Source: a virus | DNA: 64,000 nucleotides | Virus record (IMG/VR): IMGVR_UViG_3300031576_000024 | Location: 18,992-82,991 of that record | Direction: 5' to 3' (one strand) | Part shown: positions 1 to 10,118 of the stretch, in pieces | Position numbering within the stretch: the stretch's first letter is position 1 | How the letters are laid out: each line of letters opens with the position of its first letter | Translations under genes and position numbers: made by a program | The notes under the pieces: model-generated | Database searches by the model: none | What the model saw: only the letters and a program-made list of their open reading frames with translations | What the model was told of the DNA's origin: nothing

Positions 1-2
1 AA

Positions 3-527
3 GGTCTAAAGGCTACTCGGCGTTATTTGTTTAACGCTCTAGTATGGTTTGCACCTCCGGGCGTTGAGTTTACCCGCGGAGAGGTAGTCGTATTGAAGGC
101 TCCTGTCACTGTCAAGCGTCACCTTCTGGAAATGGATCGTGACGTACAAGGTGGCTGGGCTGACATTACGAACCCGGCCTCTGGAGTAAACATCAAGATT
201 AGCCGCACGGGTAAGGGCCTTAACACTGAGTACAGTGTTGCCCCTCTACCTAAGCGTTCTGACCTAGCAACGGACTTAGCAGCAGTGCAGGTTGACGTTA
301 ACTTGTTGAACCTGTTTAATCTGGACGAGCTATACCAGCCGCTTTCTTACGATGACCTTAAGCGGGTTGCTTCTAAGATTGGTAACGTTGTAGTACCGGG
401 GGCAGCCGTACCGGCTGTGCTTCCTGTACAAGTAGTAGCTCCTGTAGCCCCTGTGACAACTACGGTTTCACCTGAAGCCTACATTCCGGGAATGGACATT
501 CCCCCGCCTCCTCCGGCCATTCGCTAA
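3..527 (+). CDS. Single-stranded DNA-binding protein (T4 gp32-like), 5' truncated by window edge
   Basis: Frame is open from base 3 (GLKATRRYLFNALV). The DITNPASG-NIKISRTGKGLNTEYSV motif is typical of gp32-like SSBs, and the gene lies upstream of recA. Confidence 0.7.
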   Translation, partial: GLKATRRYLFNALVWFAPPGVEFTRGEVVVLKAPVTVKRHLLEMDRDVQGGWADITNPASGVNIKISRTGKGLNTEYSVAPLPKRSDLATDLAAVQVDVNLLNLFNLDELYQPLSYDDLKRVASKIGNVVVPGAAVPAVLPVQVVAPVAPVTTTVSPEAYIPGMDIPPPPPAIR

Positions 528-808
528 TGGCAAATCATCCTAAGTTGAATTCGGATCAGATATCCGAAATGAAACGACTGTATGAAGAGGGCGATAAACA
601 AGCCGACCTAGCTAAGCGTTACGAGGTATCCATTACCACGATTCGTAACAAGCTAGGACTTGGTAAGCCCAAAGAGGAACCTGTCGGCATAGGGACTTTC
701 AGTCCCGAAGTCGAACCTCTAATGGAGACGGTATATCCTAGCGACATGTTCGTTGAGGATAAAAAAAAAGACAAGCCGAAGAGACGAATAGTAGGAGTGA
801 ACGTATAA
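527..808 (+). CDS. Small helix-turn-helix protein
   Basis: KLNSDQISEMKRLY...QADLAKRYEVSITTIRNKL HTH pattern; TAATG coupling at both ends. Confidence 0.65.
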   Translation: MANHPKLNSDQISEMKRLYEEGDKQADLAKRYEVSITTIRNKLGLGKPKEEPVGIGTFSPEVEPLMETVYPSDMFVEDKKKDKPKRRIVGVNV

Positions 809-1881
809 TGTCACAACTTGAAGAAATAGTGAAGCTGACCAGAGCGGGATTGAAGAGTGAGAAGAATGACTATGTAGCGGTTCACATGGCGGGAGACGTA
901 GGCATCTACAGTTACGTTCCGTTCCCGTTCCCGACAGGGTTAGCAGAGCTAGATTTTCATTTAGGTGCTAAGGGTGGTTTGCCTGCTGGTAAGATCGTGG
1001 AATACTACGGTTTACCTGCAACTGGAAAGACCACTCTTAGCTACCACACTATTGCTGAGTGTCAGAAGATGGGTGGTATGGCCTTCTTCATTGACACTGA
1101 GCATTCGTGGGACGAAGACCGCGCTGAGGAAATTGGCGTGGACATTAGCAACATAGCGGTAGCTAGCGCACGTAGTATAGAGGCCATCTTTAATACACTG
1201 GAGAATTTCCTTGAGTCTTGTCAGAAGACTAAGTTCAATGGACCTATCATAGTGGTAGTAGACTCTGTTACAGGTGTACCTACGCAGTCGGATCTGGAAG
1301 GACAGATGACTACTGAGATTAGAGTAGGTCAAGAAGCTCGGCAAATTAGACGTGGTGTACGAAGACTTCAAGGTATTCTGAGCACCACTAAGGCTCTGGT
1401 AATCTTCATCAACCATGCCGTATCCAAGATGGCGACCGTGCCTTATGCCAAGCAAACACAGGCTGCCGGTGGACACGGAATCAAGTACATGGAATTCATC
1501 CGTGTAGAATTGAAGAACGTGGGTCACATTAAGAAGGGCACAGGAGAAGATGCTGTACGTATAGGACAGAAGATCGGATTTGAGATTGAGAAGTTGAAGA
1601 ACGCAGCCTTACCTTATCCGAAGATAAAAGAAATCGCATTGCTTAATCATGGCTTCGATAAGATTGGCAGCTTGCTAGAAGCTTGTATCAAGACTGAGTA
1701 TGTTGACAAGAAAGAGACTGGCGAAATCTGCACTATGTTCAAAGGTACAGATGTAGTACGTCAGTTCAAGGTTGACGAATGGCCGCAGGTAATGGCAGAG
1801 CTAGGCGGATACGATAAGGTGTACAAGGCTTGGGTAGAGCACGGTAAGCAAACAGGAGCATTAAGTCCTTGGGGAAGCTAA
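808..1881 (+). CDS. recA: RecA/UvsX-like recombinase
   Basis: GGLPAGKIVEYYG, Walker A GLPATGKTT, FIDTEH, Walker B IVVVDSV, LVIFINH, GGHGIKY. Confidence 0.95.
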   Translation: MSQLEEIVKLTRAGLKSEKNDYVAVHMAGDVGIYSYVPFPFPTGLAELDFHLGAKGGLPAGKIVEYYGLPATGKTTLSYHTIAECQKMGGMAFFIDTEHSWDEDRAEEIGVDISNIAVASARSIEAIFNTLENFLESCQKTKFNGPIIVVVDSVTGVPTQSDLEGQMTTEIRVGQEARQIRRGVRRLQGILSTTKALVIFINHAVSKMATVPYAKQTQAAGGHGIKYMEFIRVELKNVGHIKKGTGEDAVRIGQKIGFEIEKLKNAALPYPKIKEIALLNHGFDKIGSLLEACIKTEYVDKKETGEICTMFKGTDVVRQFKVDEWPQVMAELGGYDKVYKAWVEHGKQTGALSPWGS

Positions 1882-1882
1882 C

Positions 1883-2074
1883 ATGTATATAGCAACTTAT
1901 GAAACTAGTCAAGGTAATGGGTTCGTAAAGAAGTTTACATCTAGAGTTAAAGCTAATAAATGGTTAAAACAGATGCATTTCGCCTATACCGCTTTGAATG
2001 CTGATGAATTTGAAAAAGACTTTAAAGAGTGGAAATCATATGGAACATTCACAGCTAAGGTATGGAAAGTATAG
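1883..2074 (+). CDS. Hypothetical protein
   Basis: 63-aa ORF filling the gap between recA and sbcD. Confidence 0.5.
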   Translation: MYIATYETSQGNGFVKKFTSRVKANKWLKQMHFAYTALNADEFEKDFKEWKSYGTFTAKVWKV

Positions 2075-3096
2075 TGTCCAAAGCACTAGTCGTTAGCGAC
2101 GTTCACTTCCACAGGTGGCAGTATGGCTCAACAATCGTTGACGGCTATAACTCTAGGCTTCTGGGGCAATTAAAATACTTCTTCTTGCTCAGAGACATCT
2201 GTGTAGATCGAGGGATTAAGCACGTCATATGCCTAGGCGATCTTTTCCATACGAACCAAACGGTCCATGCTGAAGTCTTAAGTGCTGCGTCGCAAGCTAT
2301 AAGATGCCTTGCCAATGCTGGAATACAGTTCCATTGTCTAGTCGGTAATCACGACATGGCAAGTAAAGACGGTAAGATACACTCATTAGATTGGCTTCGG
2401 TCGTATGGTCAACTAGTAGATCGACCGCAAGTGCTTACCATTGAAGGTCGCCATATTGCAGCTTGTCCATATACGGAGAGTGTAGAGCAGTTGACAGACT
2501 TCTTAACCAAACCTAGACTTAAGGCAGAGTTGGTACTGTTACATCAAGGAGTTAACTTACATGAAAGCAGAGGGTCGGCCTGGGTTCTCAATGAAATCTT
2601 TACTAAGGAAATGGTACCGGAATACGTTAAGCGTGTACTCACAGGTCACTACCACAAGCCAATTGACGACGGTAAGATTAGTATTGTTGGTTCTCCAATG
2701 CAGCATAATTGGAGTGATTACGATGATGCCGCTCGCGGGTGTATGATCCTGGACCTTGATACGCTTGAAACTGAGCGCATACCTAACACGTTCAGTCCTA
2801 CTTTCTTGAAGGTTGATTATGAGAATATACACGCTGATATTGCCAACAAGTTTGTAAGGATGATAGGCTGTCCAACTGACGAGGTGGAGACGATCAGAGA
2901 GATCGTTCTCAAACTAGGTGCTGTAAGCGTAGAGTTTGACGTATCATCAGTAAATAAGAACTCTAATGAGGAAGTGCAGTCTACATTTACTACGCTGGAC
3001 GAGATCCTGCATGAGTATGATGAAACAGTTGACGGCAGACGCCGAGAAGTTGGTAAGTTAATTAGAGAGAGTGCATATGAGACTCCTAAGTTTTAA
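2062..3096 (+). CDS. sbcD: SbcD/Mre11-like metallophosphoesterase nuclease subunit
   Basis: SDVH, GDLFH, GNHD, LLHQ, GHYH calcineurin-like motifs; upstream of sbcC. Confidence 0.92.
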   Translation: MESIVSKALVVSDVHFHRWQYGSTIVDGYNSRLLGQLKYFFLLRDICVDRGIKHVICLGDLFHTNQTVHAEVLSAASQAIRCLANAGIQFHCLVGNHDMASKDGKIHSLDWLRSYGQLVDRPQVLTIEGRHIAACPYTESVEQLTDFLTKPRLKAELVLLHQGVNLHESRGSAWVLNEIFTKEMVPEYVKRVLTGHYHKPIDDGKISIVGSPMQHNWSDYDDAARGCMILDLDTLETERIPNTFSPTFLKVDYENIHADIANKFVRMIGCPTDEVETIREIVLKLGAVSVEFDVSSVNKNSNEEVQSTFTTLDEILHEYDETVDGRRREVGKLIRESAYETPKF

Positions 3097-3505
3097 GACT
3101 AGTCGTAGAAGACACGGACATAGTAAAACTGCATTCTATCATGCTTGGGAAAACATGAGAGCTAGATGCTATAGGGTTAAGCATCCTGCATATAAATGGT
3201 ATGGCGGTAGAGGTATAATTGTTTGTGATAGATGGGTGGAATTTAAAAATTTCCATAAAGACATGTTTTCTACATGGAAAGCTGGTTTACAATTAGACCG
3301 TAAAGATAACAGTGGTAACTACGAACCTAGTAATTGCAGATGGGTTACTAGATCACAAAATTGTAAGAATAGAAGATCAAGTAATAGAGAGCATCAAAGT
3401 ACAGTTGATAACGTACACTATGACTCAGGTAAATGGGTTGTAAAGATACGTTTTAATTCAAAAGAAGAAGCAGAAAGATTCGCCAGTGAAACTTTTAAAA
3501 CTTGA
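3077..3505 (+). CDS. HNH-family homing endonuclease-like protein (paralog 1)
   Basis: YGGRGIIVCDRW...LQLDRKDNSGNYEPSNCRW...N..NRR; inserted between sbcD and sbcC and overlapping both. Confidence 0.85.
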   Translation: MRLLSFKTSRRRHGHSKTAFYHAWENMRARCYRVKHPAYKWYGGRGIIVCDRWVEFKNFHKDMFSTWKAGLQLDRKDNSGNYEPSNCRWVTRSQNCKNRRSSNREHQSTVDNVHYDSGKWVVKIRFNSKEEAERFASETFKT

Positions 3506-5366
3506 AGCCAGCAACATATTCAGTCTGGGACATGTGGAAGTAAACCTTAAAGACAGAGGTTTAATTCTTGTTACAGGGCATTCTTTAGATGAAGGATCAA
3601 GTAACGGTTCTGGTAAGTCAAGTATCGCTAACAAAGCAATACTGTGGTGTTTGTATGGGTACACAGCAGGTGGATTGAAAGCGGACGACATTCTCAATCG
3701 ACACGGCGACACGAAGACTGGTTGGGGCAAGATCGACTTTGAAGGATCTGATGGAAGCCTGTATGCTGTCCACAGGGCGCGACCTGCCAAATTGGACTTC
3801 TATAAGGATGGCGTCTGCTACAGCATGAAGAAGGCCGCGGAGACGCAGGCGCTCATTGACCACGCTCTAGGGCTGGATTTCAAGTCCTTCTTACATACAT
3901 ATATGTTTGGTCAGGGTCGTTTGTTTTCCTACGCATCACTGCCTCCGGCAGACCAAAAGGCGATCTTAGAGCAGATACTTCCTGTTGAGCAATTGGCTGT
4001 ATGGGTTGACTACGCTAAGACCTGTGTGTCAGATTTGCACACTGCTGAGGCAGCTCTAGCTTCTAAAGGTGCGATTTTACAAAGTGAAATCAATACCCAG
4101 AAGAATAACTGGCAGCAGGTTCAAGACAAGGCTATTCATTGGAATACGTTGCGTGAAAATAAGCTCAAAGACTCTCTTAACGACATTGCCGTACATAAGG
4201 AAGTGCTAGCAGAACGCGACTCCAGGCTGGTTGTCTTAAAAGACAGACTTGCTAAACTGCCTGATATTGCTCAGGAAATCCGAAACATCGACACTAAACT
4301 TGAGTCTCTTAACTCAGAGATCAATGATTGCCAATCCAAGATGCATCTTCTGGAAGAACGTAAGAGTCAATGGGACGGTGTGCGTTTATCGTCAAGTGCT
4401 AAGATGCACAAGATAGTCGATAGTAACTGTCCTACTTGCCATCGCGCCATTACTGACGAAGCTGTGAAGAACAAGCTGCTGGCCGATAACGTCATGCACT
4501 CCGAGAAGATGGCGGAGGCCGCCGTGAACATGGCTACATGCGCGACCATGTATCATACGGTTTCAGGTGAGCGCGGAGATAAAATTGATAAGTCACAAGA
4601 GCTATTCAGAGCCAAGATGGAACTAGAGGTTGTACGAAAAGAAGATACGCACTTTAGAGTGCAGATCGCAGAGTTGACAGCCCTGGAGAACAACGAAGAG
4701 AAGTACACGAAGCGGGCTGAGCAAATCGCCTCCGAGCGTAATCCATTCTTCGATCTAGTAGCGTCGTTCGATAAGGGCATATCTGAACTGCTAGTGAAGC
4801 AGGCTCCGCTTGAAGAACATAGATATAAGGTCAGCCGTGAGATTGAACATATCAATCACTGGCTCAAGGTCTTCGGTCATGATATAAGAATCAAACTGTT
4901 CGAGTCCGTGTGCAACTATCTGGACACACAGACCAACGAATATCTTAAGCAATTAAAGAACCCGTGGCTGAGGGTTCAGTTCAGTACGATTAAGAAGCTC
5001 GCCTCTGGGGAGGTGAAAGAAGACTTTAACGTTCGAGTATTCTCGGAGAAGGGCGGTGAAGGCTTTGAGACATTATCTGGAGGCGAGCAACAGATTGTAT
5101 CCTTTGCTATTGGGAAAGCATTAGGTGATCTTTCCAAAGCACAGACAAAGGGTAGCTCTGAGTTAACCATTTTGGATGAACCCTTTACAATGCTGGATTC
5201 TAGAAACTGTGAAGCTTTAGTTGAATTTCTTACAAAAGAAAAAGGTACTATCCTACTAATCAGTAACGATGAAAACCTAGCCAACTTAATTCCTGATAGA
5301 ATTCATGTGATTAAAGAAAACGGAGTTACAAGAATTTCAAATGCCGTCTATCAGACTTTTAACTAA
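3486..5366 (+). CDS. sbcC: SbcC/Rad50-like SMC ATPase
   Basis: Walker A NGSGKSS, coiled coil with CPTC zinc hook, signature LSGGE, Walker B ILDEP. Confidence 0.95.
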   Translation: MKLLKLEASNIFSLGHVEVNLKDRGLILVTGHSLDEGSSNGSGKSSIANKAILWCLYGYTAGGLKADDILNRHGDTKTGWGKIDFEGSDGSLYAVHRARPAKLDFYKDGVCYSMKKAAETQALIDHALGLDFKSFLHTYMFGQGRLFSYASLPPADQKAILEQILPVEQLAVWVDYAKTCVSDLHTAEAALASKGAILQSEINTQKNNWQQVQDKAIHWNTLRENKLKDSLNDIAVHKEVLAERDSRLVVLKDRLAKLPDIAQEIRNIDTKLESLNSEINDCQSKMHLLEERKSQWDGVRLSSSAKMHKIVDSNCPTCHRAITDEAVKNKLLADNVMHSEKMAEAAVNMATCATMYHTVSGERGDKIDKSQELFRAKMELEVVRKEDTHFRVQIAELTALENNEEKYTKRAEQIASERNPFFDLVASFDKGISELLVKQAPLEEHRYKVSREIEHINHWLKVFGHDIRIKLFESVCNYLDTQTNEYLKQLKNPWLRVQFSTIKKLASGEVKEDFNVRVFSEKGGEGFETLSGGEQQIVSFAIGKALGDLSKAQTKGSSELTILDEPFTMLDSRNCEALVEFLTKEKGTILLISNDENLANLIPDRIHVIKENGVTRISNAVYQTFN

Positions 5367-5388
5367 AGCTCTCGCCTACTTAGAAAGT

Positions 5389-5400
5389 TATGGTATAATT
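5389..5400 (+). promoter_or_regulatory. Possible copy of the phage promoter motif (TATGGTATAATT)
   Basis: Matches the core GGTATAATT of the motif repeated elsewhere; lies in the gap upstream of clpP. Confidence 0.4.
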
Positions 5401-5570
5401 GATACCGAGGTGGCGTTCGGTGGGTAATAGAAAGTGCTTATACGGTCATATGCCGTGTAAAAAAAGACCTATAAGTGGTAGTCTTGCTAATAAGTTAACA
5501 CAGCATAAGTACCAATTCAAAATAGTTCATGCGTGTATTAAGCATTTTAAAAAAGAAATGAGATTAGTCA

Positions 5571-6269
5571 ATGGCGGCTGAAGATAAGCTACTGAAGAAG
5601 TACGAAGCCTTAGACTACACTCACGACTCTGACATTGATCCTGAGCATTATCAGATATACCTCTTCGGCAGGGAAGATGCAAAGGAGGACATGGAGTTCG
5701 GTGAGCCGGGCGTTGAGTACAAGATGGCTAATAGGTTCATTAAGAACCTGCACTATCTGTCAGGCAGAGATCAGAAAAGACCCATTCTTATTCACATGAA
5801 GACATGTGGCGGGCATGTTGAAGAGGGTATGGCTATCTACGATACATTGCTCTCTATTCCTAATCCTACTACTATCATAAACTACACGCACGCACGCAGC
5901 ATGTCAAGTATAATCTTCCAGGCTGCTAATAAGCGCATAATGATGCCTAACAGTTACTTCATGTTCCATGAGGGAGAACAGGCTGTATCGGGTACATTCA
6001 AACAGGTAAACAGTATCATAGACTTCGGTAAACAGTTCAGCGATACCATGACAACCATATACGCTGAGCGAATGAAGCATACTCCCAAGGGTGCCCACAG
6101 GACTTGGACTATGGCTAGGATAAAAGACTGGCTCGTGCATGAAATGGACCGTAAAGAAGATGTACACCTTACCGCTATTGAGACTGTAAACATAGGACTG
6201 GCTGACGAAATATTCGTAGACTACGAAAGTGTATTTGCTTACACTAAGCAGCAGTTGAGTATAAAGTAA
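5571..6269 (+). CDS. clpP: ClpP-like serine protease
   Basis: TCGGHVEEGMAIYD, ARSMSSII (nucleophile Ser), FMFHE (His), EDVHLTAIETVNIGLADEI (Asp region). Confidence 0.88.
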   Translation: MAAEDKLLKKYEALDYTHDSDIDPEHYQIYLFGREDAKEDMEFGEPGVEYKMANRFIKNLHYLSGRDQKRPILIHMKTCGGHVEEGMAIYDTLLSIPNPTTIINYTHARSMSSIIFQAANKRIMMPNSYFMFHEGEQAVSGTFKQVNSIIDFGKQFSDTMTTIYAERMKHTPKGAHRTWTMARIKDWLVHEMDRKEDVHLTAIETVNIGLADEIFVDYESVFAYTKQQLSIK

Positions 6270-6430
6270 TGAAGTGTGTAACCAAAAATTGTAATCGTAA
6301 GACAATAAGTCTTAGAGAAGCCCATGTTATTGAAGCCATGCACTTAAAGGGTACAGTCGAATATAGTACACAGATGATATATGTTTGTAAAAAACACTAC
6401 ACTGAGTACATAAAGATGATGGGATATTAA

Positions 6431-6964
6431 ATGACCGCTAAGCGTACTAGAAAAGCTGGTAAGAGAAAGTGCAGAAGATGTAAAGTAGTCTTTGATACGC
6501 CGGATAAGTACGTGCAAATTTGTCCTAGATGTATGAATCATTGTGTAAGATGTGACAAAGAGTTAACTAAAGAGAATACAACTATAGGTAAAGGTAATCA
6601 TAAGACTTCATGTAAATTTTGTCACGCCGAATTACAAAATACCGATAAACGGAAGGATGCACGTTTAGTAAAGACATATGGTATTACTTTAAATGAATAT
6701 GAGAAAATTCTTCAATTACAAAGTGGAGCGTGTTACATCTGTGGAAAATCACCGTCAGAAACCGCCTACGCTCTATCTGTAGATCACAAACATGTAAAGA
6801 AAGATAAACAACAAAATCCACGGGAGACTAGAACGCGAGTTAGGGGACTACTGTGCTGGGTCTGTAATAAAGCGATTGCTAAGTTCAGAGACGACCCTGC
6901 TAGATTGAGAAAGGCTGCCGAATATTTAGAACGATGGCCTGCTCAAGAAATCCTGAAAGGATAA
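6431..6964 (+). CDS. Endonuclease VII-family nuclease (possible Holliday junction resolvase)
   Basis: YGITLNEY...Q.GACYIC...LSVDHKH...VRGLLCWVCN...AAEYL; N-terminal CxxC zinc ribbons. Confidence 0.88.
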   Translation: MTAKRTRKAGKRKCRRCKVVFDTPDKYVQICPRCMNHCVRCDKELTKENTTIGKGNHKTSCKFCHAELQNTDKRKDARLVKTYGITLNEYEKILQLQSGACYICGKSPSETAYALSVDHKHVKKDKQQNPRETRTRVRGLLCWVCNKAIAKFRDDPARLRKAAEYLERWPAQEILKG

Positions 6965-6968
6965 TACA

Positions 6969-7727
6969 ATGAGTGCTATGCGTATACTTCACCTAGATAT
7001 TGAGACGACACCAAACAAAGTCTACGCCTGGGGTCTTTTCCAACAAGACATTTATATAGATCAGATCGTAGAAGCCGGTAAAACACTATGTTGGGCGGCG
7101 AAGTGGCACGGTACCAAAGGTATGATGTTCAATTCCTTACACAAGGAAAAGACAAAGGGTGCTATGATTAAAGAGATCCATGCTCTGCTGGAAGAGGCAG
7201 ACGCCGTTGTTCATTATAACGGCAAGAAGTTTGACATCCCGGTGCTCAACAAGGAGTTCATTCTAGCTAATATAACTCCTCCTTCTGGCTTCAAAGAGAT
7301 TGACCTTCTGCACGTAGCCAAGCAACGCTTCCGCTTCACTAGCAATAAGCTAGACTATGTAGCTCAGACGCTAGGCATTGGTTCCAAGTTGCACCATAAG
7401 GGTATGGAGCTTTGGAAGGGTTGTATGGAGAACGACGCTAAGTCGTGGCAGACAATGGAAAAGTACAATAAGCAAGATGTTAACCTACTGGAGAAGCTGT
7501 ACGTAAAGGTATTACCGTGGATTAAACAGCATCCTAACCACGGTCTATATGTAGACGAGAATCGTCCGGTTTGTAAGAACTGCGGTAGCCCTAAGGTTAC
7601 TAAGAAGGGGGTTGAGTTTACCCAGGTTGGTAAGTACCAGAGATATCGGTGCAGCAGTTGTGGTACGCCTTTGCGCGGTTCAATCTTGCTTAACCCGATT
7701 GAAGAACGCAGACGATTGCTGAAGTAA
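6969..7727 (+). CDS. RNase H-fold (DEDD) 3'-5' exonuclease with C-terminal zinc ribbon
   Basis: LDIET, HYNGKKFDIP, KLDYVA, YNKQDV; C-terminal CKNC and CSSC. Confidence 0.88.
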   Translation: MSAMRILHLDIETTPNKVYAWGLFQQDIYIDQIVEAGKTLCWAAKWHGTKGMMFNSLHKEKTKGAMIKEIHALLEEADAVVHYNGKKFDIPVLNKEFILANITPPSGFKEIDLLHVAKQRFRFTSNKLDYVAQTLGIGSKLHHKGMELWKGCMENDAKSWQTMEKYNKQDVNLLEKLYVKVLPWIKQHPNHGLYVDENRPVCKNCGSPKVTKKGVEFTQVGKYQRYRCSSCGTPLRGSILLNPIEERRRLLK

Positions 7728-7736
7728 GGAGGCCAT

Positions 7737-8180
7737 ATGGCTAAACGAGCGATATACTTGGCAGGAGCAATGGGTGGTCTATCTGTAGCTGACGCTAACA
7801 GTTGGCGGCAAGAATGCGAGATCGAGCTTAAGGGATGCTACGCTGTACTGAATCCTATCTCAGTACAGTTTGAGAAAGACCCGAAGTTCATATTCTCCAG
7901 CATAGAGCCTAACCTAACGGCACAGCAGGTGACAGTAAAGGATCGGTTCTACATTGACCAGTCTGATTTCATTCTAGCTAATCTGTCCGACCCGAAGGCG
8001 GTGTCTATTGGCACAATTTGGGAAATGGGCTATGCTTATGGGAAGGGCAAGAACATCGTGACCGTGTGTCCGACTGGCACGAAGTTTTACGACGGCCATC
8101 CGTTCGTGATGTGCTTCTCACACGTAGTCTTTCAAACCCTAGCGGAAGCTATTGACTTCCTTAATGACATAGCCGTGTAA
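7737..8180 (+). CDS. Nucleoside 2-deoxyribosyltransferase/N-glycosidase family protein
   Basis: IYLAGAM, NP, D..IDQSD, SIGTIWEMGYAY motifs. Confidence 0.85.
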   Translation: MAKRAIYLAGAMGGLSVADANSWRQECEIELKGCYAVLNPISVQFEKDPKFIFSSIEPNLTAQQVTVKDRFYIDQSDFILANLSDPKAVSIGTIWEMGYAYGKGKNIVTVCPTGTKFYDGHPFVMCFSHVVFQTLAEAIDFLNDIAV

Positions 8181-8182
8181 TC

Positions 8183-8443
8183 GTGTGGGAATTTTCGGCT
8201 GAAGAAATCCAGGCGTGGGTAGCTGCTAGTAATGTTGTTACCGCGCCTGTTCTCATTAAGGGTATAACATACCGCTGTGATAGCTGTAAGCGGTTCATGT
8301 CGGCCCTTGAAATGAGAGTAGAGTACAGCACGTTCTACTCCCATTTGACAAAAGAGTGTCTGACTAAGTTCGCTAACAAACACATGAAGAACTTAGACTT
8401 ATCTAAAGCACCGCAACAAATTCAAGTAACAGGAGACGTTTAA
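8183..8443 (+). CDS. Hypothetical protein
   Basis: 86-aa ORF coupled to the next gene by TAATG. Confidence 0.5.
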   Translation: MWEFSAEEIQAWVAASNVVTAPVLIKGITYRCDSCKRFMSALEMRVEYSTFYSHLTKECLTKFANKHMKNLDLSKAPQQIQVTGDV

Positions 8444-10038
8444 TGTCTAAATTAGGTCGATTCGCGGAAACTATTTTTGTTCGTACATACGCCGCAACGC
8501 ATGACGAAACTTGGGATGGTTGCGCAAGACGGGTAGCTGATTACGTAGCAGGCGACGATTACAAACATTTGGCAGATGACTTTTACAAGGCTATCTCTGA
8601 GCGTAAGTTCATGCCTGGAGGGCGATATCTAGCCCAAGCTGGTAAGGATATCCCCCAGCTAACCAATTGTTTCCTTTTGAGCGCAGAGGATTCCAGAGAA
8701 GGGTGGGCTCAACTGCTTAGGAAGCACATGATGGCATTATCTACCGGAGGCGGGGTCGGCACATGGTACGGAGACGTAAGACCGTCTGGACAGCCGATTA
8801 AGCGGTTTGGCGGGGTATCCAGTGGCCCTCTCGCCCTCATGTTCATGGTAAACGAGGTTGCACGTCACGTACTCTCGGGCGGGAAGCGTCGTAGCGCCTT
8901 ATGGGCTGGACTACCTTGGAACCACGGCGATATCGAAAAGTTCATTGTATCTAAGAACTGGTCTACAGCTATTCGGTCAATGAAGGAAAGTGACTTTAAC
9001 TTCCCGGCTACGTTGGACATGACAAACATCAGCGTGGCTCTAAATGATGAATTCTTCCAGAAGGTGAACAAAGATGATAAGGTATGGGACATCTACTATC
9101 GGGTCTGCAAAAACATGTGCAAAACAGGAGAACCGGGCTTTAGCATTGACACAGGAGTTAACGCTAAAGATGTTCTTCGGAATCCTTGTACGGAAGTTGT
9201 GTCGGCTACTGATTCTGACTGCTGTAATCTTGGTTCTATCAATCTAGCGAGGGTCAATGATATTGACGAACTAAAGAAGCTTACAAGACTTGCTGTAAAG
9301 TTTCTGTACCTGGGGACATTTCGTAGCTGGATGCCGGACGAATCGTTTGCTAAGATCCGCGAGAGGGATCGCCGGATCGGCCTGGGTATCATGGGTCTGC
9401 ACGAGTGGTGCATAAGACATGGAGAAAGATATGAGCCTAACGGCGAACTCGGCAAGTGGCTTGCTGCTTGGGCGAATATTAGCGACGATGAGGCCGTTAA
9501 ATTCAGTAAGGGAAAGGGAGCAAAGCCCGTTGCAGTTAGAGCAATCGCCCCAACGGGCACTATCGGAATTATAGCAGAAACAACGACAGGAATAGAACCT
9601 GTATTTTGCGTAGCCTATAAGAGACGCTGGCTTGGCACTGACGGACAGTGGGCCTCAGAATACGTTGTAGATCCTACAGTGAAGCGCCTACTAGATGAGG
9701 GTATCATTCAAGATCCCAATGACATTGAGGATTCAATCAAGCTAGCTCGGCATGTTGAACGTCGCATTCGGATGCAAGCCTTCGTTCAATCCTTCGTGGA
9801 TCAGGGTATCTCCAGTACGATTAACCTTCCTGAATACGGAGAGGCTGGTAATAACAATGTCAAGCAATTTGCTGAAACCCTTTTGGAATATTTGCCGAAG
9901 CTTAGAGGAATCACTGTTTATCCTGATGGTGCCCGCCCTGGTCAACCTATTACTAGCGTAAAGTGGGAGACAGCTATTAAGCACGCTAAAGTCGAAGAAC
10001 CAGAAGACAAGTGCTCCCAAGGCGCGTGCGGCATCTGA
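8443..10038 (+). CDS. nrdJ: Ribonucleotide reductase, probably class II (adenosylcobalamin-dependent)
   Basis: PGGRYL, TNCF, GEPG, NPCTE, CNLGSINL, IAPTGT, DQGISSTINLP, C-terminal CSQGACGI. No beta subunit nearby, so the class assignment is inferred. Confidence 0.88.
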   Translation: MSKLGRFAETIFVRTYAATHDETWDGCARRVADYVAGDDYKHLADDFYKAISERKFMPGGRYLAQAGKDIPQLTNCFLLSAEDSREGWAQLLRKHMMALSTGGGVGTWYGDVRPSGQPIKRFGGVSSGPLALMFMVNEVARHVLSGGKRRSALWAGLPWNHGDIEKFIVSKNWSTAIRSMKESDFNFPATLDMTNISVALNDEFFQKVNKDDKVWDIYYRVCKNMCKTGEPGFSIDTGVNAKDVLRNPCTEVVSATDSDCCNLGSINLARVNDIDELKKLTRLAVKFLYLGTFRSWMPDESFAKIRERDRRIGLGIMGLHEWCIRHGERYEPNGELGKWLAAWANISDDEAVKFSKGKGAKPVAVRAIAPTGTIGIIAETTTGIEPVFCVAYKRRWLGTDGQWASEYVVDPTVKRLLDEGIIQDPNDIEDSIKLARHVERRIRMQAFVQSFVDQGISSTINLPEYGEAGNNNVKQFAETLLEYLPKLRGITVYPDGARPGQPITSVKWETAIKHAKVEEPEDKCSQGACGI

Positions 10039-10118
10039 GATAAACGTCTGCATAGAACATGAGTGGCATAGTTATATGGGTGAACGTTGGTGTAGTAAGT
10101 GTAACAAAGGATGATAAC

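Noticed and set aside
3211-3220. AGGTATAATT match to the promoter motif
   Set aside because: It lies inside the HNH coding motif RGII and is explained by codon sequence.
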